Shown here: in pieces, positions 58,141 to 64,000 of the stretch
How the letters are laid out: each line of letters begins with the position of its first letter
Position numbering within the stretch: the stretch's first letter is position 1
Source: a virus
Length of the DNA stretch: 64,000 nucleotides
Strand: one strand, 5' to 3'
IMG/VR virus record: IMGVR_UViG_3300022669_000027
Location: 3,302-67,301 of that record
Made by a program: the position numbers and the translations under genes
Notes under the pieces: generated by a model
Database searches by the model: none
Seen by the model: only the letters and a program-made list of their open reading frames with translations
What the model was told of the DNA's origin: nothing

Positions 58141-58479
58141 CTATCTACTATCCTTATGTAATTCTGCATCCTTTGTAAAAGTCTTCAATTCTAAATCCTC
58201 CTCCCACCTTCCCGGCTGAGACATATTACAACGTTCACATTCTCTCACGCACCACTTATTAGGGAACTCTGAAGGACTATAGGGTTTTTTATGTGTTCCT
58301 TCCACGGTTCCAGTATCTTTTGGAGCTGTCCCTAATTCCTCATCGCTCAAATACTCCCAATCATCTTCTCCGAAACCTGTGCGTCTTCTTGCCCTGCTGT
58401 TGTTGCCCCAAGCTTTAGAGCAACAACCGTCACAATTAACCTTCGCTTTCTGTCCCAGGTACTGAATAATCATTTCCAT
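58141..58479 (-). CDS. Cys-rich hypothetical protein
   Basis: CDGCCSKAWG.N and NKWCVRECERC. Start probably MEMIIQ. Confidence 0.6.
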   Translation of the reverse strand: MEMIIQYLGQKAKVNCDGCCSKAWGNNSRARRRTGFGEDDWEYLSDEELGTAPKDTGTVEGTHKKPYSPSEFPNKWCVRECERCNMSQPGRWEEDLELKTFTKDAELHKDSR

Positions 58480-58605
58480 GGTATTTCTTCCCTTATGATG
58501 TTTTTCCGGTGAGTTTATTTGTTTTGGTTTTCTAATGCAGGCTGTAAGCCAAGGCCAGTTCAATACGTTTTTTTTTCAGCTGCAGTGATTGTGTGATAGG
58601 TAATT

Positions 58606-58929
58606 TCATGCTATCGCCTCCAATTCTGCCATTTTACGGGTAAGATCATATTTTTCTTCCTCCACCCTTTTCCACCGTTGTCGCATTAAGCTTTTTGTTG
58701 TCGGTATCTCGCTGATTCGAGTTGCATAATTCCCTTCCTTCAAATCATAGTCATAACACCATACTGTTGTAACCGCGCCCTGTTCGTGTTCCCACAGAGG
58801 CGGTATTTCGATGTCAATAGAACGCCTTCCCTGTTTCTGCCAGCGGATTAACGCCGCAAGAAAACGAGGGGTGATCTGTTCAGGTTTGATTTCGTGAGAC
58901 ATGTTCATGATAACCTCCTGTGCTATCAT
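58606..58929 (-). CDS. Hypothetical protein
   Basis: GGAGG RBS before the internal MNMS. Confidence 0.6.
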   Translation of the reverse strand: MIAQEVIMNMSHEIKPEQITPRFLAALIRWQKQGRRSIDIEIPPLWEHEQGAVTTVWCYDYDLKEGNYATRISEIPTTKSLMRQRWKRVEEEKYDLTRKMAELEAIA

Positions 58930-59103
58930 TTTTAGAGATCCGGAGCAGCTAGAGCAAATTCCAATTCCTCATCGCTCAAATACCCCCAATCATCCTCATC
59001 TGGACTTGTGAGTGTTTACCGTTATGCGGCGTGCCATTTTACTCCGATCACCGTCATGCTGCCACCGCAACCAGCCCCTCCGCACCGGAAATCCATTCTT
59101 TCT

Positions 59104-60390
59104 TCATTTCTGCCTCAAGCGGAGAAATTTCTGTTTGTTTTTGTACTCGGTCTGCTCGTCAACAAAAACCAGTCCGTTTTTGATCAGATGGGCATTCAGA
59201 AAGGTTCTGTTTTTCAGGTATAAATAGCAGAGGAGGTTGTTGTCTTTATCGTGTTTGTCCCGGTCGAACCGCATGTACACCTTCTGGTTTTTGTTTTCCT
59301 CTGCAGAAATGCAACCGCATCCTGATTGCAGGCTGCGTCTTCTTTTATACCGATCAGCCGGACTGTCAGGCCGTTACCGAGCTGAACAAGTTCCGGAGTA
59401 AGGACTGTTTTCACACTGTGATACTCTTCTCTTTGGCCGGAATCCCTGTTGATTTTTGAACCGAACTGCAGTTTTTCCGGATCGATTTTTTTATCAAAGG
59501 CATGAGGGTCTTTGAAAACATACGGGAGCCTGCTGATTTCCTCGGCAAAATCAACATCTAACTTGCCCTGTTCAGTAAACTCGTATTCCGCCCCCAATAT
59601 TTCCACCTGATTGATCTGGAGCTTCTTTTTAATAAAGGGTATAAATTCAGCATTTATTTCATAGCCGACTGAATTTCTGCCGTTATTCTTTGCCGCCAGG
59701 GTTGTTGTACCGCTGCCGAGGAACGGATCAAGGACAGTATCACCGACAAAGGAGAACATCTTGATCAGTCTTTTCGGCAGCTCTTCCGGAAACATGGCAA
59801 TATGGCCGTCCTGCTTTGCCCCGCGAAAATTCCAATGCCCGGCAAAGTACACCTTCCATTCCTCCTTGGTCATTTTGGATAATTCTTTTATCTCTTTGGT
59901 CGCCTTTTTCGGGGTACCGAGCTTCTTGAAAAGGAGAATAAATTCATAATCAATAGAGAGAATACCATTGCGGGGATGAGGAAAACTGCCCATGATGCTG
60001 GCCCCGCCTGTGGTATTAGTGGTTGTTTTTTTGCCATATCACCGCCCCCATGTAGTCAAATCCGATGCTCTCACAGAACTTGATGATTTCCGTCCGGATC
60101 GGAATGACTTTATAGCGGCCGTAATAGACCGAACGGGCGAACTGATCCCCGATATTGATACAGAGCCTGCAGCCGTTATCGAGCACCCTGTGACATTCAT
60201 TCCAGACAAGATTCAACTGGTTGATATAGCTTTCGTAGCTGTCATTGAAGCCTATCTGGTCATCTGTGCCGTAATCCTTCAGCTGCCAGTACGGCGGCGA
60301 GGTGATGACGAGATGAACGGACCTGTCGGCCAGTTCGCTCATTTTTCTGCTGTCGCCGCAGATAATCGTATGGTGTGTTGTCGTGTTCAT
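59104..60390 (-). pseudogene. Frameshifted DNA methyltransferase with a C-terminal thermonuclease-like domain
   Basis: TSPPYW in the first fragment and LDPFLGSGTT in the second. A third frame gives VYMRFD...LLCYLYL...FLNAHLIKNGL. Breaks fall in A-runs at 60026-60032 and 59288-59292. Confidence 0.85.
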
Positions 60391-60660
60391 GTGATCTGTG
60401 ATTTTGCCTTTTCAGTCTGCCTTTTTCAGTCCAGCAGCCCGCTTCTCTGCCCGATAAAACAGAGCAGAAAGCCGATCGCCATTGCCAGTATCATTGAGGA
60501 TCATTACGGCAAGGGCATGTACACCGTATGGGCGAGCCTCAGTCTGTCGAGTTCTTCGCTTTGTCTCATTTGTCCGCTCCTTTGTGATTAATACATTCCG
60601 AATAAATACCGAAGGTATACTCTATAATACAACAACTCTGACCAAAACGTTCTCATAAAA

Positions 60661-60689
60661 AAACTGGAACCCCAAAAAGGTTCCAGTTT
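60661..60689. terminator. Hairpin, probable terminator
   Basis: aaactggaacc/ggttccagttt stem flanked by an A-run (U-tract on the minus strand). Confidence 0.6.
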
Positions 60690-60714
60690 GAATACACGAA
60701 AACTGACATACTAA

Positions 60715-61017
60715 CTATAGCTTCCGGTCGAAGCTATATTTTTCATCTCCGGGAGAATCAGTAAAATCACATATAATGTTCCCTGTTACTATGAGATGGA
60801 ATGGAACCGTACCGCTGAAGATGTCTCTACTGATATGGATTTTTACATCCGTAATCTCCATTTCCTTTCCTTGATAAGAAAAACCCTCGCAAGGAATCCT
60901 CCGGCCTTTTTGGTATGGTGTACTGGCCAAATATTCACGAAAACACGCCTGTTTTTGAAGATCCAGTCTATTTATCTTTCCCTGAATATCCAAAGTTTTG
61001 GTAAGATGTATATTCAT
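60715..61017 (-). CDS. Hypothetical protein
   Basis: 100-aa ORF. Confidence 0.5.
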   Translation of the reverse strand: MNIHLTKTLDIQGKINRLDLQKQACFREYLASTPYQKGRRIPCEGFSYQGKEMEITDVKIHISRDIFSGTVPFHLIVTGNIICDFTDSPGDEKYSFDRKL

Positions 61018-61040
61018 ATGTCTTTGTTTTTACGGTTGAG

Positions 61041-61373
61041 TTACAGCCCCACCAACGATGGGGCACATTTTTGTGGAACAAACAGGAAATCGTCCGCACA
61101 TCTGCATATAATCTTCGTGTATTCTTTTTCTACAAAATTCGCAATTTGTCCAACCATCGAATTCTTTATATTCTCCACACCCCCTGGAAGGAAACTGCCG
61201 AACTGTTGGGTCGTAGATAGAGCCGTCTTTCCTTTTACACCACCAATGTTCTTCTTCCCTGTTCCATATAGGACACTAATACCAACCTCTCACCAAAGTA
61301 AGTGATGGATTGCATCCATTGCGGCCTGAGACAATTCCTTACAGCGGCCTCTATATTTTTCATAATCAGTCAT
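61041..61373 (-). pseudogene. Degraded small Cys/His-rich phage gene
   Basis: Reconstructs as MTDYEKYRGRCKELS.../PSLTLVRGWY*CPIW...HWWC...IYDPTVRQFPS...CEFC...VCST with two frameshifts and an in-frame TAG. Confidence 0.6.
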
Positions 61374-61948
61374 CATATCACCGTTAATTTGTACCAATCT
61401 TCGCCGTACGTATCTGACATAAAATCAGAAATCAATTTACATTTACGTCTCAATTGACTGTTACGGGGATCGCTACTTTTTTTTGATTTTCCCACATCCC
61501 CCCATTCCGATATCAAATGAAATAACAGGCTTCCTACGGATTGCTGGAGAGTAGGATGAGTTTTTTGCGTCATTTCTTTAATAAAGCCTTCTTCATCATA
61601 CATGTAGGGATTCACAAAAGAAGAAAGTTGAACCGCCGTCTCCTTCGCTTTCGTCATTCGGCCTTCCCGATATGTTAGGCAATTCTCAGAGTCCACTATG
61701 ATCTTCCCTATCATTTTAGGCTTGATATCATAGGTTTTTAAAACCTCTTCACATTCCCTCCATACTTGGTTATATTGTCTATTCTGATTATGTAAATCGT
61801 ACCATTCTTGAACAAAACGGAGAGCGGAACCGAGACGGACAATCTGTTTGTGCATCTCTTCTGTTTTCCGTGACTGCATATGTAGATTACCAAAACGAAC
61901 GGCCACAGATTTTATGTGTTGAATATCCGATTTATATTTCATCGACAT
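61373..61948 (-). CDS. Hypothetical protein
   Basis: 191-aa ORF in the operon. Confidence 0.55.
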   Translation of the reverse strand: MSMKYKSDIQHIKSVAVRFGNLHMQSRKTEEMHKQIVRLGSALRFVQEWYDLHNQNRQYNQVWRECEEVLKTYDIKPKMIGKIIVDSENCLTYREGRMTKAKETAVQLSSFVNPYMYDEEGFIKEMTQKTHPTLQQSVGSLLFHLISEWGDVGKSKKSSDPRNSQLRRKCKLISDFMSDTYGEDWYKLTVI

Positions 61949-62269
61949 TTAAATGCACAGTGGCTGAAACCGCCTTAACGCTGACTCCGAAAGCCAATCT
62001 ACCAAAAATTCAAAACTGCATTGCTTCCGCAAAACTTCGGTACCAGTACCAATCTGTTTTGAAAGCATAAATAAAGCTTCGTCTCGCTGCTGTATATGTG
62101 TTCGCGGTGGCTGGTCTACCGGAATGTCTGTATTGTCTATGCTTATCATAGTACCTGTGGGTATATGAATCACTATTGTCTTTCTGTTTAAAATTCTCGC
62201 CCCAGCCCTTGTCATCTTGTCATCCCCTTGTAAATTAATATATTTTATTATACATGGATCTTTTACCAA
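61949..62269 (-). CDS. Hypothetical protein
   Basis: 106-aa ORF. The real start may be the internal MTRA. Confidence 0.45.
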   Translation of the reverse strand: MVKDPCIIKYINLQGDDKMTRAGARILNRKTIVIHIPTGTMISIDNTDIPVDQPPRTHIQQRDEALFMLSKQIGTGTEVLRKQCSFEFLVDWLSESALRRFQPLCI

Positions 62270-63144
62270 CTTCCTATATATTCCTGCATAAAATTGTCTG
62301 CATCCTTCTGAGACATGTCTCCGGGATCTCCGTCAATCTCAAAAACCTCAGTATGTCCTGGAAATCCAGACAACATATGATATAAACGGTCGGCCTGTAT
62401 CTCAGCTTGAGGATCATCATCAAACAAAATGAAACGATTTTCAAAACGTCTCATCATAGCGACTTGAGGCCCCCGGAATTTGATACCGAAAGTGGCGACG
62501 GCCCCTGGCCCTAATCTCCAGGCATCTGTTATCCCCTCCACAATCACTATGCTGTTCCCTTTCACCAAATCAATGCCATAAAGGGTATTTTTATGCTCTA
62601 TTACCTCATTACCTTTTGAACACGCCTTATATTTCAATTCATGATGACCTGTTATGTCCCTGCCTTGATAAGAAACCAGCTGACCTTTCAGGTAAATCGG
62701 GGCTATAATTCTATGTCTATATCCTCCTGTAGGTCCTGTTCCCTGAAGCTCCCATATTTTTTCTAATTTTTCGGGATCGAAATTTCTGAATCTAAGATAC
62801 TTACGGTGTCTGTTCGACATGCCCCTTGTACCCGTTGGTAATTCTGTCTGATCGGCCAAATGCACCGTCCTTGACTGGGTATAAGAGGTCCCGGCGTATT
62901 GCTCTATTATTGTATGTGCTTTTTTCCATGAACAATTATGTAATTCTTTCACCACCGAAGGAACGGAATGGCCACCACATCTCCAACAAACGAAATAATC
63001 ATCTTCAGTATTATATCCCAAATGATATCCAGGATTTCCCGTGCAGAAAGGACAAGGAAAGTTGACCCAACCTTCCTGAGAATGTTTGTGACCTTCTGTT
63101 ACGAAAGATATATGAAGATCACGTAACATGTTGATAATCTTCAT
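62263..63144 (-). CDS. DNA primase (Zn finger + TOPRIM)
   Basis: CPFC...CWRC zinc finger, RII.PI...GR, IVEGITD, FDDD and DPGD motifs. Confidence 0.88.
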   Translation of the reverse strand: MKIINMLRDLHISFVTEGHKHSQEGWVNFPCPFCTGNPGYHLGYNTEDDYFVCWRCGGHSVPSVVKELHNCSWKKAHTIIEQYAGTSYTQSRTVHLADQTELPTGTRGMSNRHRKYLRFRNFDPEKLEKIWELQGTGPTGGYRHRIIAPIYLKGQLVSYQGRDITGHHELKYKACSKGNEVIEHKNTLYGIDLVKGNSIVIVEGITDAWRLGPGAVATFGIKFRGPQVAMMRRFENRFILFDDDPQAEIQADRLYHMLSGFPGHTEVFEIDGDPGDMSQKDADNFMQEYIGSW

Positions 63145-63346
63145 TTATGGACTATCTCCGCTCTGTTCCAATGACTGTTCAGTACACGTTGGGAATCTTC
63201 GTAATCAAAATGACCCACAATCCCGTAAGATACTAATAATCCCAAAACCAAAACCAAATTACGCAGAAATTTCATGGTTGCCCGTTCAATAAAAAGAAAA
63301 AAGGGAGGGGAGAGGACATCTCCCCTATTCCGCAACAGCGATAACT

Positions 63347-64000
63347 CTACCACTCAATATCTACCAGTTTACCGTCCTTAACCTCTGTTTTTACAGGTTT
63401 TTCTACCAGAATGATATGACCCGGAATGACGTATACCACGAAACAGGATTGTAACAGTTTCTCGCAACATTTCAACATGTTACTGTGTTTTTCATTGTAT
63501 TTCACAAGTCCGATTTTTTCCGGGAATCTGTAAAAGGCTATCCATCCAGAATCCCACAGAGAATTCTGCAGAGAATCCCACAAAGAAACCCGCAGAGAAT
63601 CCCACAAAGAAACCCGCAGAGAAACCCACAGAGAATTCCGCAGAGAATCCTGCAGAGAATCCCACAAAGAATTCCACAAAGAATTACGCAAAGAATCCTC
63701 CAAAGAATCCCGCAGAGAATCCCACAAAGAATCCCGCAGAGAATCCCGCAGAGAATTCCACAAAGAATCCTCCAAGGATTCCTCCAAAGAATCCCGCAGA
63801 GAATCCCGCAGAGAATCCCGCAATTTCTTCCCTTCTTCAGGACTGGATACCCAATGAATTTTCGGCTTTTCCAATACATCCTTAGTCAGCTCCAAAGCGG
63901 CGGGAGCCGCTTTGTCCCTGTCTGTCTCGGTACTCCCAGCATATTGAAATATCTCGTTCCGGTATTCTTCCAACTGTTTTTCTTGGGATTCTGTCAGTTT
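63347..64000 (-). CDS. DUF6745-like protein with (L-R/W-D/N-S)n repeats (5' end beyond the window)
   Basis: P.I.WV.SP, a repeat tract, then W.AFY.F...G. The frame is open to the window end. Confidence 0.7.
   Translation of the reverse strand, partial: KLTESQEKQLEEYRNEIFQYAGSTETDRDKAAPAALELTKDVLEKPKIHWVSSPEEGKKLRDSLRDSLRDSLEESLEDSLWNSLRDSLRDSLWDSLRDSLEDSLRNSLWNSLWDSLQDSLRNSLWVSLRVSLWDSLRVSLWDSLQNSLWDSGWIAFYRFPEKIGLVKYNEKHSNMLKCCEKLLQSCFVVYVIPGHIILVEKPVKTEVKDGKLVDIEW
63550..63822. repeat. 12-bp coding tandem repeat array
   Basis: Units such as agaatcccgcag and agaatcccacaa repeated about 20 times. Confidence 0.92.

Noticed and set aside
59992-60591. 199-aa plus-strand ORF
   Set aside because: Antisense shadow of the GC-rich MTase, with no motif or RBS.
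61276-61278. TAG reassignment (alternative genetic code)
   Set aside because: This is a single case in a gene that also has frameshifts. Long genes are intact under the standard code and some end in TAG (e.g. at 38995).
63550-63822. Possible CRISPR array
   Set aside because: The units are contiguous 12-mers with no unique spacers, they lie in frame in a gene, and no cas genes are present.
1-64000. tRNA/rRNA genes, integrase or host chromosome flanks
   Set aside because: None recognised by eye, so lifestyle cannot be assigned from this window. A tRNAscan/Infernal run would be needed to exclude small RNAs.

Overview
This window is 64 kb of a tailed dsDNA phage with a long non-contractile (siphovirus-like) tail. 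The host is probably an anaerobe, possibly a sulfate-reducing deltaproteobacterium; this is inferred from the class II RNR and host-like inserts. Positions 1-9.4 kb (+) carry DNA and nucleotide metabolism genes (ATP-dependent ligase, SNF2-like helicase, DNA MTase, dNMP kinase, ThyX, NrdJ, dCMP deaminase) and a SleB-like hydrolase. Positions 9.4-58 kb (-) carry the virion and packaging genes: TerS, TerL, portal, MuF, scaffold, P22-type capsid, neck, tail tube, a frameshifted chaperone pair, tape measure, very large tail-tip proteins and three beta-propeller proteins. Positions 58-64 kb (-) hold small genes, pseudogenes and a primase. The standout observation is that TerL carries two inteins whose HNH endonucleases are not in the intein reading frame. 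One is a complete nested gene in a shifted frame on the same strand, with its own GGAGG RBS and a candidate internal promoter overlapped by a perfect 22-bp palindrome. The other is a 5'-truncated HNH on the antisense strand. A third intein, in MuF, carries an in-frame DUF559/Vsr-like nuclease. The window also shows recombination scars, duplicated promoters and structured intergenic elements sharing a GGACAGGAAC motif. All calls come from reading the sequence by eye; no searches were run.
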